From the IMG/VR virus record IMGVR_UViG_3300020419_000005: 64,000 nucleotides of DNA; one strand, written 5' to 3'. Positions 16,289 through 26,828 of this stretch are shown in pieces (position 1 is the first letter of the stretch; the number at the start of each line of letters is the position of its first letter). Position numbers and translations under genes: made by a program. A model generated the notes under the pieces. It was given only the letters and a program-made list of their open reading frames with translations. It was not told where the DNA came from and did no database searches. Source of the DNA: a virus.

Positions 16289-18000
16289 TCTATCTCTCCA
16301 CATTTAGAAAAGTTATTTACCTTATCAAATTTAATTGTTTTTTCAAATTTGTCAAGTAATACATCACCTTTATGAGATATGATAAAGATGTTTGCATCTC
16401 CAAAACCTTTTAATATCTTTAATAATTCTTCTGTAGCATAGTTATCTAGAGAACTATCAAATACCTCATCTAAGATAAGAAGGTTTGTGGCAATAGAGTT
16501 CTTCATCTTTGCAACGTGTCTCCAAGTAAATAGAAGTGATAGATCAATCTTCTGTTTCTCTCCTTCTGAGAATGAGGAATAAGAAAACTTATCTCTATAA
16601 CGAGACTTTATAACTTCATTAAACTCTTCATCAAGAGTAAAGTTAATATAAGTATCCATATTAGATAAGAATTTATTAATGTATTGATTGATGACAGGTA
16701 TATACTTAGCAATAATTTTAGACTTGATACCACCATCTTTAAGTAAACTACTTACAAGTTTATAATCACTTGATAGTCTTGATACTTCTGCACAGGCATC
16801 TTCCTTTACCTCATACTCTGCTTGTCTTTGCATAAAGGTTTGTTTCTCTGTAGCAATGTTAGGTTTATCGTGTAAGTTTTTAATCTCTCCTAGTATCCTA
16901 GTATTAGTTTTTACTAATCTAGATTCTTTATCTAACAGGTGATGTATCTCTCTTTGCATATCAACATAGTTATCTGCTGCTTCTGAGAACTCAACCATCT
17001 TGGATCTGACCTTTGCAATCTCTAACTTAAGTTGGTCTTGTGCTTTACCTAATTCATTACCTTTGGTTGCTAAAGAATTTACTTTAATATTTCTAAGTGA
17101 CTCATCTATATCTTGAGTACAGGTAGGGCAAGTAGAATGTTCATTAAAGAATTGTATGTCCTTTTCAATTCTTTCAATCTTAGTATCTAATTTAGTACCA
17201 ATAGTTTTTGCACTTTCCCATTTAGATTCAAGTGCACTTAGTTGTGTTTTAAAGTCACCTAGTTCTTTCATTTTAGTTTGTAACATATTAATATTATTCT
17301 TTACTGCTATCATACCATCTTCATTCTCTTTAAACTGTTCTTCTAATATCCCTATCCTTTCATCGTTTGCACCAGTTAATGCTGATAGAATTCTTTTTTG
17401 TGCAATGACTCTCTCTTCTGCGACCTGCAATTCATACTCACAGTCTCTAAGTGATTCATTATTATCTCTTACACGTTCTCTTAATAAGAGATTCATATTA
17501 GAAAATATTTGTATGTCTAGTAAATCTTCTATAACTTCTCTTCTATGTCCTGCTGCAAGTTGCATAAATGGAACAAATGTACTACTCCCTAGTATGACCA
17601 CTTGTGTAAATGATTTGTAATTAAGTTTAAGTACAGATTGTTCTAAGTATTTTTGATAATCTCTACTAGCAGCATCTTGATCTAACAACGCATCATTACG
17701 ATATATCTCAAAAATAGCAGGTTTCATACCACGAACTACTTTATACTTAACAGTTCCTACTGAAAATTCTATCTCTACTACACAGTCTTTATCATTAATT
17801 GAATTGACTAAAAGACCCTTACTGACTTTGCGGAAGGGTCTATTGAATAATCCATAGGTCAAAGCATCAAGCATTGTAGATTTACCTGTGCCATTACCAC
17901 CTATCACTAGAGTTGATCTAGTGTCGGATAAATTAAATTCTGTGAATTGATTGCCTGTAGATAATAAATTCTTCCAACGAAGTTTTTCAAATACAATCAT
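16285..18000 (-). CDS. 46: recombination endonuclease subunit gp46 (Rad50/SbcC-like)
   Basis: GGNGTGKS, CPTC zinc hook, FSEGEK, LDEVFD. Confidence 0.97.
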   Translation of the reverse strand: MIVFEKLRWKNLLSTGNQFTEFNLSDTRSTLVIGGNGTGKSTMLDALTYGLFNRPFRKVSKGLLVNSINDKDCVVEIEFSVGTVKYKVVRGMKPAIFEIYRNDALLDQDAASRDYQKYLEQSVLKLNYKSFTQVVILGSSTFVPFMQLAAGHRREVIEDLLDIQIFSNMNLLLRERVRDNNESLRDCEYELQVAEERVIAQKRILSALTGANDERIGILEEQFKENEDGMIAVKNNINMLQTKMKELGDFKTQLSALESKWESAKTIGTKLDTKIERIEKDIQFFNEHSTCPTCTQDIDESLRNIKVNSLATKGNELGKAQDQLKLEIAKVRSKMVEFSEAADNYVDMQREIHHLLDKESRLVKTNTRILGEIKNLHDKPNIATEKQTFMQRQAEYEVKEDACAEVSRLSSDYKLVSSLLKDGGIKSKIIAKYIPVINQYINKFLSNMDTYINFTLDEEFNEVIKSRYRDKFSYSSFSEGEKQKIDLSLLFTWRHVAKMKNSIATNLLILDEVFDSSLDNYATEELLKILKGFGDANIFIISHKGDVLLDKFEKTIKFDKVNNFSKCGEIE

Positions 18001-18263
18001 AATTTAAGATCAGAGGGAGGTGTAACGAGATCGTTTGGAGTAATTATACAATACATATAACCGTGGTTGACACAGTTTTGTCTGACTTGCTCCTCATCTA
18101 ACTCTAGAATTAGCAAAGGTCTATTATAATCTAATGCCTCCAACTGTGTATAATAACGTATTGCATCATCTTTGTCAACAAAAATTTGCACAACCTTTTC
18201 ATCTTTCTCGTCATCTGTGACAGCGTAGACTCCTCCAGTTGCTTTATCGGTAAGTACAAACAT
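17997..18263 (-). CDS. DUF3110-like protein
   Basis: VQIFVDKDDAIRY..LEA motif; position between gp47 and gp46. Confidence 0.6.
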   Translation of the reverse strand: MFVLTDKATGGVYAVTDDEKDEKVVQIFVDKDDAIRYYTQLEALDYNRPLLILELDEEQVRQNCVNHGYMYCIITPNDLVTPPSDLKL

Positions 18264-19309
18264 TAGACGTTAAGTGCCTCAAGGTAAAGTGATTTAACAA
18301 TTTTAACAATATTCTTTTTATCAATATGATCTTCTAATTCATTAACATAAGTTTCTAAGATAGTCATAGTGTCTTCTAATTTTATAGACTCATCTACCTC
18401 AACTGCTTCAAGAGTTAGATCTTCAATAATTTTTAAATCTGCTACACCAACGTCTTGTAAATGTTTTACATAGCGATCAAATAATTTTTGATTATCTTTC
18501 TGTTGAACTACTATCTTTACATAACTTCCTACCAATTCTTTATGGTCTGGTAGTGTTTCATAATCATTATTAGTATCATCATAAAATATTTTTTCAAATA
18601 TATTAAAAGGATTTTGAATGAATGTTAATCTTAAGTCATCAGTATTTAGGACGTGAAAACCTCTAACAGCACCATAGTCATTCCAGTAAAGTTGGTACGG
18701 ATTACCGAGATACATTATATTATCTTGTCTTGATCTGTGATGGAAATGACCTGTGCAAGTTAATTTAAACTTAGAAAACCTCTCAGGATCTTCACCGTGC
18801 TCCATACGAACTCCAGGAAGTGCTTCAAACCCTGCTAGTTCTAGATGTCCCATACAAGCAGTGGCATCTGTATCTACTATTGTGTCGTAGATCTTTTGTT
18901 TGTTATCATCACAAATCCAAGGAAGCATTAAAAATTTTCTATCATCTAAAACTAATTCTGTAGGTTCTTTTATAACTTCTAAGTTTTGATATTCTTTAAG
19001 TAAATGATCGCAAGCGTTTACCCTGAGTGTATTCTTAAAATATATGTCGTGATTACCAATCAACATATACATCTTGATACCTCTATCCTGTAAAGGTTTG
19101 AACCACATATTTCTAGTAGACTCTAGTGAAAGATAGTTTATACTCTTACGTTTATCAAACGTATCTCCTAAACAAAATACAGTATCTATATTATTCCTAT
19201 CAATATAAGGAAAAACAATTTGCTCATAGAATTGTTTAAACTTACCTAGGAATACTGGGTTATCATTTCTTGCACCAAAGTGCTGATCTGTAATAAGAAG
19301 AATCTTCAT
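18263..19309 (-). CDS. 47: recombination endonuclease subunit gp47 (Mre11/SbcD-like)
   Basis: TDQHFG, LGDTFD, GNHD, GHFH. Confidence 0.97.
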   Translation of the reverse strand: MKILLITDQHFGARNDNPVFLGKFKQFYEQIVFPYIDRNNIDTVFCLGDTFDKRKSINYLSLESTRNMWFKPLQDRGIKMYMLIGNHDIYFKNTLRVNACDHLLKEYQNLEVIKEPTELVLDDRKFLMLPWICDDNKQKIYDTIVDTDATACMGHLELAGFEALPGVRMEHGEDPERFSKFKLTCTGHFHHRSRQDNIMYLGNPYQLYWNDYGAVRGFHVLNTDDLRLTFIQNPFNIFEKIFYDDTNNDYETLPDHKELVGSYVKIVVQQKDNQKLFDRYVKHLQDVGVADLKIIEDLTLEAVEVDESIKLEDTMTILETYVNELEDHIDKKNIVKIVKSLYLEALNV

Positions 19310-19566
19310 TTCTTCTCCTTCTTCATATACTCCTCTCTACCATCTTTTGTAAAGACCTTCTTCTCATAATTAAAGTATGGATGATTAGCAGCAGAAATTA
19401 CTGGGTTCTTTGACCTGTTCTTAATAACAATGAACCTATCAGCAGCAAATGTCCCTGCCAACTGTACTACAACATCGTCATCATCTTTCCAATTAATACT
19501 ACCATCTTTCTTGGTGTGTAGCATTGCTTCTTGTATCTGGTCAATTAGTTCTTGAGTTAGTTTCAT
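19306..19566 (-). CDS. hypothetical protein
   Basis: ORF with ATGA overlaps on both sides. Confidence 0.7.
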   Translation of the reverse strand: MKLTQELIDQIQEAMLHTKKDGSINWKDDDDVVVQLAGTFAADRFIVIKNRSKNPVISAANHPYFNYEKKVFTKDGREEYMKKEKK

Positions 19567-20129
19567 TTTAATCTTATATTATAGGAAACAGAAATCCTGT
19601 CTCCATCTGAATTGTTCTCGGAAACATAATGCCACAGATGACCTGGCATCATATAAAATCTACCCTCTTCACACTCACATTTAAAAGTGCTATTGAGTTT
19701 ACCTATTTTATTATACACCGAACCATCGTTTCGCACAACCTCTAATGTTCCTGTCTCTTCTCCAGTTTGTACATAGAAGTTACCAACGAGTTCACACGTT
19801 CCGTGAGTATGAATTATGTTATGACCGTATGGAGGATTTACATTTATCCAGTAGGAACATTCATCCACCACCATATCATAACTCATCATCTTAGAAAAGT
19901 AATTTGCAAATTCAATAATCTGTTCTTTTAATTTTGTAAGTTCATCAAAAGGCATATGATATACCCAGTTAGTTTGAAAACTATTTCTCCCTGACCTAGT
20001 ACAACTATGAGTTAGTTCATTCTTTAAAGTATAGATTTCTTCCTTAAGTTTATCTAAGGATACATCTATCTTTGATGACATCATAAAATCAGAAAAGATT
20101 ATATCATAATGTAAATCGTTTGGTATCAT
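19563..20129 (-). CDS. putative 2OG-Fe(II) oxygenase (TIGR02466-like)
   Basis: WINVNPP..HTH, LWHYV, RISVSYN. Confidence 0.85.
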   Translation of the reverse strand: MIPNDLHYDIIFSDFMMSSKIDVSLDKLKEEIYTLKNELTHSCTRSGRNSFQTNWVYHMPFDELTKLKEQIIEFANYFSKMMSYDMVVDECSYWINVNPPYGHNIIHTHGTCELVGNFYVQTGEETGTLEVVRNDGSVYNKIGKLNSTFKCECEEGRFYMMPGHLWHYVSENNSDGDRISVSYNIRLK

Positions 20130-20602
20130 TGATACTTGTTATTCATTTCAATACGTGTCTTAATATTATTGAGTGCTGCCACATCTACATCACCATCAGT
20201 ATGAAAGATCTGATCAAAACCAGACTTCTCTATAATTTTTTCTCTGATTGATTGTTGTCTTTTCTCTTTTGCTATTCTTCTTAAGAAAGCAAAGTAAACT
20301 ATCTGTGTAAAATAAGCAAAAGGATTTTTAGATTTGTTAGGATCAAAGTTATCAATGTATTGAACGCAGTTCTCTATCCCATCTGAAACCATATCTTCTT
20401 TGTACATATAGTTAATGAAGTTTGGTCTATAAGATAGGTGCGTCGCGATTTTTAAAAAGCAATCTCCTACGTACTCTGGTATCCTTGGTTTGGATTTTTC
20501 CTGAGACGCTGCACGTTTTACCCTTTCTTTATGATTGATAAGTGCTTCTAAAAATTTTTTGTTATCAACATAGTGTTGACTCTTTGCTCTTTTTCTTGGC
20601 AT
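20126..20602 (-). CDS. 55: late-transcription sigma factor gp55
   Basis: HYVDNKKF, RPNFINYMYKEDM, NPFAYFTQI. Confidence 0.97.
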   Translation of the reverse strand: MPRKRAKSQHYVDNKKFLEALINHKERVKRAASQEKSKPRIPEYVGDCFLKIATHLSYRPNFINYMYKEDMVSDGIENCVQYIDNFDPNKSKNPFAYFTQIVYFAFLRRIAKEKRQQSIREKIIEKSGFDQIFHTDGDVDVAALNNIKTRIEMNNKYQ

Positions 20603-20658
20603 ACTGCCTTGTGAGGTTGTACTTATATTAACATATAATCATAAATTATGCCAGGGGG

Positions 20659-20687
20659 TTGACAAGAGATGAAATATTACGTACAAT
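20659..20687 (+). promoter_or_regulatory. sigma70-type promoter in antisense orientation
   Basis: TTGACA (20659-64), 17 nt, TACAAT (20682-87). Confidence 0.65.
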
Positions 20688-20718
20688 AACTCTGTAAGGG
20701 TTCAAGGGATGGTTATAA

Positions 20719-21168
20719 CTACTCTAAAGGTTTCTTAAATAGATCTTCAAACTTCTTTCTATTATCATCTACTGTTCCTAAGAATCCTTGGTTAGGAGCA
20801 GGTGCTACTTCATTTGCTAGTTTTATATCTTCTAGAGTCTGGTGTTTAAACTCCTGACGTACAAACATTTTATACATCATAGTTGCCTCCGTCGATTGCG
20901 GGGCGAGAGATACTATTTGATTATCAGGTACTATAAAGAATTCTTCATCTGAAAAATACATCCACCTTTTTAATCCAACCATCTCAGTTCTTTTATTATC
21001 ACCATTAGTAATAGAACCGTGATGTACTTTGGCAGGGTCAACTATGAATACAACATCTGTACCATCGGTATCTTTTACAACTGTAAACTTACCAATAACT
21101 TCATCTCCATTAGTAAGTTTAGCAACTCCTAAAAATTCTTCTTCGTGTTTGACGTAGTTGAGTGACAT
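20719..21168 (-). CDS. conserved T4-like hypothetical protein (possible Sm-like fold)
   Basis: KLTNGDEVIG..W..FSDE; position between uvsW and gp55. Confidence 0.7.
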   Translation of the reverse strand: MSLNYVKHEEEFLGVAKLTNGDEVIGKFTVVKDTDGTDVVFIVDPAKVHHGSITNGDNKRTEMVGLKRWMYFSDEEFFIVPDNQIVSLAPQSTEATMMYKMFVRQEFKHQTLEDIKLANEVAPAPNQGFLGTVDDNRKKFEDLFKKPLE

Positions 21169-21172
21169 TGTT

Positions 21173-22633
21173 CTACTTCCTTAGATTAATTTCTGTGATT
21201 GAGTAGTCAAATTTTTCATCGTTGTATGTTTTTATTCTAAAAACCATATGGTTCAAAGTCATATTTCGATTATGCTCATTACTAATATCATCAGCAAAGT
21301 CATAAAGATAGGCACGTGCTTTGGAATCGTGTTTCCTAAGTGCTCTTCCTATAGATTGAAGGTTTCTGATTCTGGACTTAGATGGTGAAGCGAATATAAC
21401 ATTATGTAGGTTCTTAATATTAATGCCCGTACTGAATGTACCGTACGATGCAAGAATAATTGCGTTGTCAGTTACTTCACATATTTCTCTAACCATCTCA
21501 CGATCAGAAGTTTCAGTTCCTCCGTGTATATAAAAGAGTTTTTTGTTTCCCTTTGTACTATTTAGCATATCTCTTAACACGTCACCGTGTCTTTCAATGT
21601 AATTGAATAGTATTAAAGTATTACCTGATATGTCTTTTGCTAAAGAAGTTATTATTTTATTACGTTTTGGATGAGTTATAATGTATTCTATTTCTTCCTG
21701 ATAGTTTTCAAAAGGAATATACTCGTGCTTACATACTAATACATTTATTTTTAGTTCAGATAGATAACCTTTCTTCTGTAATTCTTCAGTTCTAATTACC
21801 TTCTCTACGGGTCCAAACAATCCTTCTAGTTGTAACTGATGACATTGCATACCATCAAGAGTACCAGTAAGACCAATACGGTATTTACAACCGTGCATCT
21901 TAGTTAATAATTTTGTTAATGATTTTGCTTTGTAGAGGTGTGCTTCATCCCCGATAACAACATCAAACCTATTAAAGAAAGACCTAGACTCCTTGTAGAT
22001 AGATTGCCACGTAGATATGACAACAGGAGATTCTCGATAACGTTCTTTCCCTGCATATACTTTGTTGACGTAGTGTCTTGCGTTCCAACCATATTGTTCA
22101 AAGTCCTTAAATAATTGTTCTACTAATGAAGTTGTTGGTACTATAATCAGTACCTGTCTATCATACTGTAAATGCCATCGTATGAGACTGTATATTATTA
22201 ATGATTTCCCAGACCCAGTTGGTGATAGTAATAGTCTTCGGTTATGCTTGATTGCAGAATAAAGTCCTCTAAGTTGGTATCCTCTGATCTTGAAAGGCAA
22301 ACCCAGAGATCTAACGAAACTTGAAACGGACTCAGGGGTGACATATTCTTCTGTTTCATCTGGTTCTCCATAAGTATCGTTAGGAATAATATTATAATTA
22401 TAACCTTTCTTGTCAAGCCACTCAGTTAGATAATCAAATAACCCTATGTACAACTCACCATTTCCAGGAGAATATAATCTTATCCTTCCATCCCAATGTT
22501 TATATCTTCTTTGTTTCTGTAGAAACTTTGCATTAGGTACTTCAAAAGTAAAGTAGTCTGATAATTCTTGGTGAACGTGTGGTTCAGTATCAACTCGCAA
22601 GAAGACTTCATTCTTCTTTGTGATAGTGGTCAT
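21173..22633 (-). CDS. uvsW: UvsW helicase
   Basis: SPTGSGKS, GDEAH, GLTGT, QSIGRALR. Confidence 0.97.
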   Translation of the reverse strand: MTTITKKNEVFLRVDTEPHVHQELSDYFTFEVPNAKFLQKQRRYKHWDGRIRLYSPGNGELYIGLFDYLTEWLDKKGYNYNIIPNDTYGEPDETEEYVTPESVSSFVRSLGLPFKIRGYQLRGLYSAIKHNRRLLLSPTGSGKSLIIYSLIRWHLQYDRQVLIIVPTTSLVEQLFKDFEQYGWNARHYVNKVYAGKERYRESPVVISTWQSIYKESRSFFNRFDVVIGDEAHLYKAKSLTKLLTKMHGCKYRIGLTGTLDGMQCHQLQLEGLFGPVEKVIRTEELQKKGYLSELKINVLVCKHEYIPFENYQEEIEYIITHPKRNKIITSLAKDISGNTLILFNYIERHGDVLRDMLNSTKGNKKLFYIHGGTETSDREMVREICEVTDNAIILASYGTFSTGINIKNLHNVIFASPSKSRIRNLQSIGRALRKHDSKARAYLYDFADDISNEHNRNMTLNHMVFRIKTYNDEKFDYSITEINLRK

Positions 22634-23061
22634 TAGAAACCTGCTTCAAAACGTCTATGTTCGAGGGCATTTTTGATGTGGTAGGTTCTATTGTTAATTT
22701 GTTTCAATACCCCTTCCAAATAATTTATAACAGTTTCAAAGTATGCAATCTTTAATTGCTGAGTTTGTATGTCTGCATCTGCTTCCATAAAAGTATTGAG
22801 ATCATTTTTTAATACTTTTAGATCAAAAGGATTCTCTTTATATACTTCCGCATCTGCTTTACCAGTATAAAAAAGATACTTATCTCTTTTTAAGATGCTA
22901 AGTTTTTTCTTATTGTCTTCTAATATCAGAGAATATTTTGACCAGAAGTCTTGATACTTTGCGTGCAGAGACGGTATCTTTAATGACTCTGAGTCTAATT
23001 TGTCTTCATCAAAAATACAGTCTCCTGCCCAAGACTGCTTAATCATTTCAAGTGGGTCCAT
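22633..23061 (-). CDS. uvsY: recombination mediator UvsY
   Basis: LDSESLKIPSLHAKY, YTGKAD..VY, R.YHIKNA; synteny. Confidence 0.92.
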   Translation of the reverse strand: MDPLEMIKQSWAGDCIFDEDKLDSESLKIPSLHAKYQDFWSKYSLILEDNKKKLSILKRDKYLFYTGKADAEVYKENPFDLKVLKNDLNTFMEADADIQTQQLKIAYFETVINYLEGVLKQINNRTYHIKNALEHRRFEAGF

Positions 23062-23064
23062 ATT

Positions 23065-23622
23065 TTATTTTAATGTTGTCAAACGTTGTCCTTCTAGTGA
23101 TTGGATTTCGTATTGTAGATAGTTAAATTCTACCACAGAATTAAAGTAATCGGTGTCAGATACAGCAGCATCAAACTCTAGTGTGTTCAAAGAGATTGGG
23201 AACATATCTTTAAATACTACATTGAATTTTGGTTGAAAATTACTATTCAATACAGTAAGTGTTCCATCAGCAAATTCCTTTTCACCAATACCAGAGGTTC
23301 TATTATTAGGAGAAGAATTAATTAAGTCCTGCCTTTCTTGAAATTTCTCAGGTACACCTAGTCCACGCATCCAGTTATGAATGATTAGATAGTTTTCAAG
23401 ATTTTCATCAACTAAAAATCTTAATGATAATGCTTGATATGATAGTACACCTTCAAACGGTATAGGTCTGAAAGGTGTTGGTTGTGTTAATTCACCAACT
23501 GATATAGCAGGTATATTTGCAGATTGACAAAAGTATGCAACCTTTGGATACTTCGCTAAGGTAAAACGGAAACCACCTGGACTGAGGAAATTCCTATTGC
23601 TTATTTGCGTTGGAAAAGACAT
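23065..23622 (-). CDS. 3: tail completion/sheath stabiliser gp3
   Basis: NRNFLSP.GFRF, FLVDENLENY, FPISL. Confidence 0.9.
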   Translation of the reverse strand: MSFPTQISNRNFLSPGGFRFTLAKYPKVAYFCQSANIPAISVGELTQPTPFRPIPFEGVLSYQALSLRFLVDENLENYLIIHNWMRGLGVPEKFQERQDLINSSPNNRTSGIGEKEFADGTLTVLNSNFQPKFNVVFKDMFPISLNTLEFDAAVSDTDYFNSVVEFNYLQYEIQSLEGQRLTTLK

Positions 23623-23646
23623 TGATTATATTAGTGTTTCCAATTA

Positions 23647-23654
23647 TATTTATG
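23647..23654 (-). promoter_or_regulatory. late promoter variant CATAAATA
   Basis: About 25 nt upstream of the gp3 start. Confidence 0.6.
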
Positions 23655-23657
23655 CAC

Positions 23658-23686
23658 AAAAAAAAGAGATCCCGTAGGATCTCTTT
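23658..23686 (-). terminator. intrinsic terminator after gp23
   Basis: AAAGAGATCC-TACG-GGATCTCTTT (UNCG loop) followed by a T run. Confidence 0.9.
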
Positions 23687-23707
23687 GAAAATATATAAGC
23701 ATCTCGC

Positions 23708-25075
23708 TTACATAAGGTTGTCAACAAGAACTCTTCTGTAGTAACGGTTAGCGTTAGCAGTAAGTGCTCCCTCTCCTTGAGTTGTACCTTCAGCAAATGG
23801 GTTTGCAACAAGACCGTATCTTGTCTTAAATCCAATTTTTGGTTGGAAGGTATCCTGACCAACTGCTCTTACCATTTGTAGAGGAACATATGGACAGTAG
23901 AATAATCCTGCATCATATGCAGAAGATCCTTTGTATCCTGCAACGTAGAAGTGTCTGTCACTTACGTTTGCTGAATATGGGTCAACATAAACCTTGATTC
24001 TTCCGTTTAATGTTCCTGCAAGTGTTGAGGAATTATCATCTGGAAGTAGGTTACTGTTACCTTGTAGAGCAGGAGTGTAATCAAGTACACCTGCCATAGA
24101 AAGTGCTGAAGCAACGTCAGCAGAACATATGATTATGTTCCCTTTTCCACGACGAGTTTCGTGCCCGATCGCATTCATATCTCTTTCGATCTGGAATAGA
24201 AGTCCTTTGAACTTCTCAACAGACCATCTACCATTGGAGTCAACGTCTAAGTCGAAGATACCTGCGGTAGCAGTGTTGTTCTGTGCACCAGGTCTTGCAA
24301 TCTTGTAAACAGTTCTAACAACTTCCCTGTTGATTTCAGCAAGGACTTCAGTTGATAGGATGTTTGCCAATTCAGACTCAGCGTCTAAACCGTGAACTGC
24401 TTTAAGATCCTGTGCTAGTTCTAAACTGTACTCTGCCTTGAGTGCTCTGGACTTAGCAGTCACAGTAACTTTCTCAATACTGAAGTTCATTTCAGCGAAG
24501 GCATTAGAACCAGTACCTAGAGTCTCAGACTCATCGGTTCTCATTCCTGTACCGTTTGTAAATGTACCAGAGTCGTTAAGTAGACCTGGGTTTGAACCTG
24601 CTTGTGCAGATCCTTGTGATCCGAAACCAGAAGTCTGTGCTGCGTCAGTTCCAGAGAACTGTGAGTCTGCTTCGTTAAAGAACGCTTCAGAACCAGATGC
24701 ACGGTTAGTTCCGTATCTTGATCTCATCGCAAAGATGAGTCCTGTAGGACCAGTCATAGGTTGTACACCCGCAATGTCATAAGCGATTAACTTAGGCATT
24801 GAACGTCTAATCAATGAGATTAGAACTGGGTCGAAACCTGCAACAGGACCAGTTGCTGTAGCACCTGCACTAAAACCTGCTGCTCCAGAAGTGGATCCAG
24901 TAGAGTTAGTTGGTGATGCTTCAGTTAGAATTCCTGCTTCTTCGCGTAGGAATTTCTCTTGGTTTTCTAGCAGTACAGCGGTAACTGCCTTTCTATAATT
25001 GTCTTTGATACCATCGATACCATCACAATCAAGGATAGGGTTCCACTTTTCCTGCAACTGTTCAGAATTAAACAT
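23708..25075 (-). CDS. 23: major capsid protein gp23
   Basis: GVQPMTGPTGLIFAMR, KSRALKAEYS, FYCPYVPL, FQPKIGFKTRYG. Confidence 0.99.
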   Translation of the reverse strand: MFNSEQLQEKWNPILDCDGIDGIKDNYRKAVTAVLLENQEKFLREEAGILTEASPTNSTGSTSGAAGFSAGATATGPVAGFDPVLISLIRRSMPKLIAYDIAGVQPMTGPTGLIFAMRSRYGTNRASGSEAFFNEADSQFSGTDAAQTSGFGSQGSAQAGSNPGLLNDSGTFTNGTGMRTDESETLGTGSNAFAEMNFSIEKVTVTAKSRALKAEYSLELAQDLKAVHGLDAESELANILSTEVLAEINREVVRTVYKIARPGAQNNTATAGIFDLDVDSNGRWSVEKFKGLLFQIERDMNAIGHETRRGKGNIIICSADVASALSMAGVLDYTPALQGNSNLLPDDNSSTLAGTLNGRIKVYVDPYSANVSDRHFYVAGYKGSSAYDAGLFYCPYVPLQMVRAVGQDTFQPKIGFKTRYGLVANPFAEGTTQGEGALTANANRYYRRVLVDNLM

Positions 25076-25132
25076 TTGCTTGTTTTTCCCTCCAGGAAAA
25101 AATGTGTTTTTAATTGATTTTTAGGGTTGAAT

Positions 25133-26131
25133 TCACTTAGTCCAACGACGTAAAGCATCCACGTAGCGTGTCATACTTTCAGTCATATCTGAATCCACAA
25201 CAGGTTTTGCATCCTCTGCAATCGTGTCTGCTACTGGTGTAGCAGGTTTGCTAGGATAGTAACTCTCTTTAAGAGTTGCCACCTTATTGCGGAATGACTC
25301 TTCATCTTTAAACTCAACACCCTCGGCAAGTTTGGATAACTTCTCCTTTTCAGTAGAAGCAAGTCCCTCTGCTACCTCGTTCACGATCCCATCTCTTGTA
25401 AAGGTACCTACTATTTTAGTAAGTTCAACGTTAGCTTCAATTTGCTCGTTGAGTTTTGTCTCCATATTATCTAATTCAGCAGTCATTGCGTCAACAACAT
25501 CTGCTTTTTCGTCGGGAACCTCAATGTGGTTCTCAACAAAAACCTTTTTAAGACCAGAAACAACTGACTCTGCGATCTCTGCTTTGAGACCATTCTCAAC
25601 TTCGAGTTGGTTGCTGTCGATCCATTGCTGAGTAGCATAGGTAAGATATTCATCTACCTTTTCAGCAAGTTCTGTCTTAACTTTTTCGACTTCCTCAGAC
25701 ATAGTAGTAGCATAATCCTCGTGGATCTTTGCTACTTCTTCATTCAAACGAGAGACAACTGCTGCTTCAAAAATAGTAGTTGCTTTTGCTTTGAATTCTT
25801 CGGAAAGTTCTTCACCTTCTGTGAGTGCTGCTACATCAGCGGATAAGTCTATTTCAATTAGACCTTCGCCTTCTGCGTTTTCTGCTTCAACAGACTCGTG
25901 CTTCTGAGGACTAGCATCAGAAGGTTTTGTTTTTGGAGCAGTCGCTGTTGGACCACCACCAGTCTTGAGTTTGTTTGACTCATCATCAGGTTTCGAGTTC
26001 ATTGGAGTAGGACCTCCAAGATCTTGAACTGCACCTAAAGTAGACTGATCAGATACAGCACCGTCAAATTTTGCTTCGGTGACTTCCTGCTTAGAATCTT
26101 CGGGTGTCATAACTTTTTCATCTGCGGACAT
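25133..26131 (-). CDS. 22: prohead core scaffold gp22
   Basis: ELSEEFKAKATTIFEAAV, acidic coiled coil, LKESY; GGAG before MSADEK. Confidence 0.93.
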   Translation of the reverse strand: MSADEKVMTPEDSKQEVTEAKFDGAVSDQSTLGAVQDLGGPTPMNSKPDDESNKLKTGGGPTATAPKTKPSDASPQKHESVEAENAEGEGLIEIDLSADVAALTEGEELSEEFKAKATTIFEAAVVSRLNEEVAKIHEDYATTMSEEVEKVKTELAEKVDEYLTYATQQWIDSNQLEVENGLKAEIAESVVSGLKKVFVENHIEVPDEKADVVDAMTAELDNMETKLNEQIEANVELTKIVGTFTRDGIVNEVAEGLASTEKEKLSKLAEGVEFKDEESFRNKVATLKESYYPSKPATPVADTIAEDAKPVVDSDMTESMTRYVDALRRWTK

Positions 26132-26171
26132 TTGTGTCTCCTTGTTAACTTTAATACAGTTTTCTAACAAT

Positions 26172-26179
26172 TATTTATA
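26172..26179 (-). promoter_or_regulatory. T4 late promoter TATAAATA
   Basis: Perfect match upstream of gp22. Confidence 0.8.
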
Positions 26180-26180
26180 A

Positions 26181-26828
26181 TTATAAAGTTCCTAGAAACG
26201 AAGAAAACGCGGAAAGTTTCCTTTCTTCTAGTACTTTAAAGTTGGGGGCATTGTCTAACCCACGCTTAATGTTGGCAATCTCTGACTCTTTTATGATGCC
26301 ATTTGTCCAAACCCATTCTTTTCCTTCCATAATACCATTGACAAAAGCGTCAGGTGCGGAAGGATCGGCAACGATGTCTGCTGCTGTAGCAAGCATATAG
26401 TCATCAGCGACTATTTTGCAACCATTAGTTTCCTTAAGTGATCCAATACCACGTGAAGAAACTCCAAGTTTGACTCCCTCATCAAGCAAGTTCTTAGCAA
26501 TGTTACCCATTGGTGTGTCGAGAATACGAGCACGACCTCTAAAGTTATTGCCTTCCTGCACTAAAGAAGTAATCAAGTGTGATGCACGATCTAAATTTAC
26601 AGTAGGACCATCTGGATGACCTAATTCACCCAAAGAGCGACCGCTTTTTATGTACTGCTCATTATATTTAGACACTTCGCGTTCAAGTGTACTCAATGGA
26701 TACATTCTTCCGTTACGGTTTTTGATCTCTCCTTGTAAAAAAGTTCCCTCGATGTAAAGTCTTTTCTTACCATTTTTTTCTTCAGTAAGAACTTTTACAT
26801 CTTCAACCTTCTCCGTTATCAGTTTCAT
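26181..26828 (-). CDS. 21: prohead protease gp21
   Basis: MKLITE, NRNGRMY, GELGHP, GVSSRG, DIVADPS. Confidence 0.97.
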   Translation of the reverse strand: MKLITEKVEDVKVLTEEKNGKKRLYIEGTFLQGEIKNRNGRMYPLSTLEREVSKYNEQYIKSGRSLGELGHPDGPTVNLDRASHLITSLVQEGNNFRGRARILDTPMGNIAKNLLDEGVKLGVSSRGIGSLKETNGCKIVADDYMLATAADIVADPSAPDAFVNGIMEGKEWVWTNGIIKESEIANIKRGLDNAPNFKVLEERKLSAFSSFLGTL

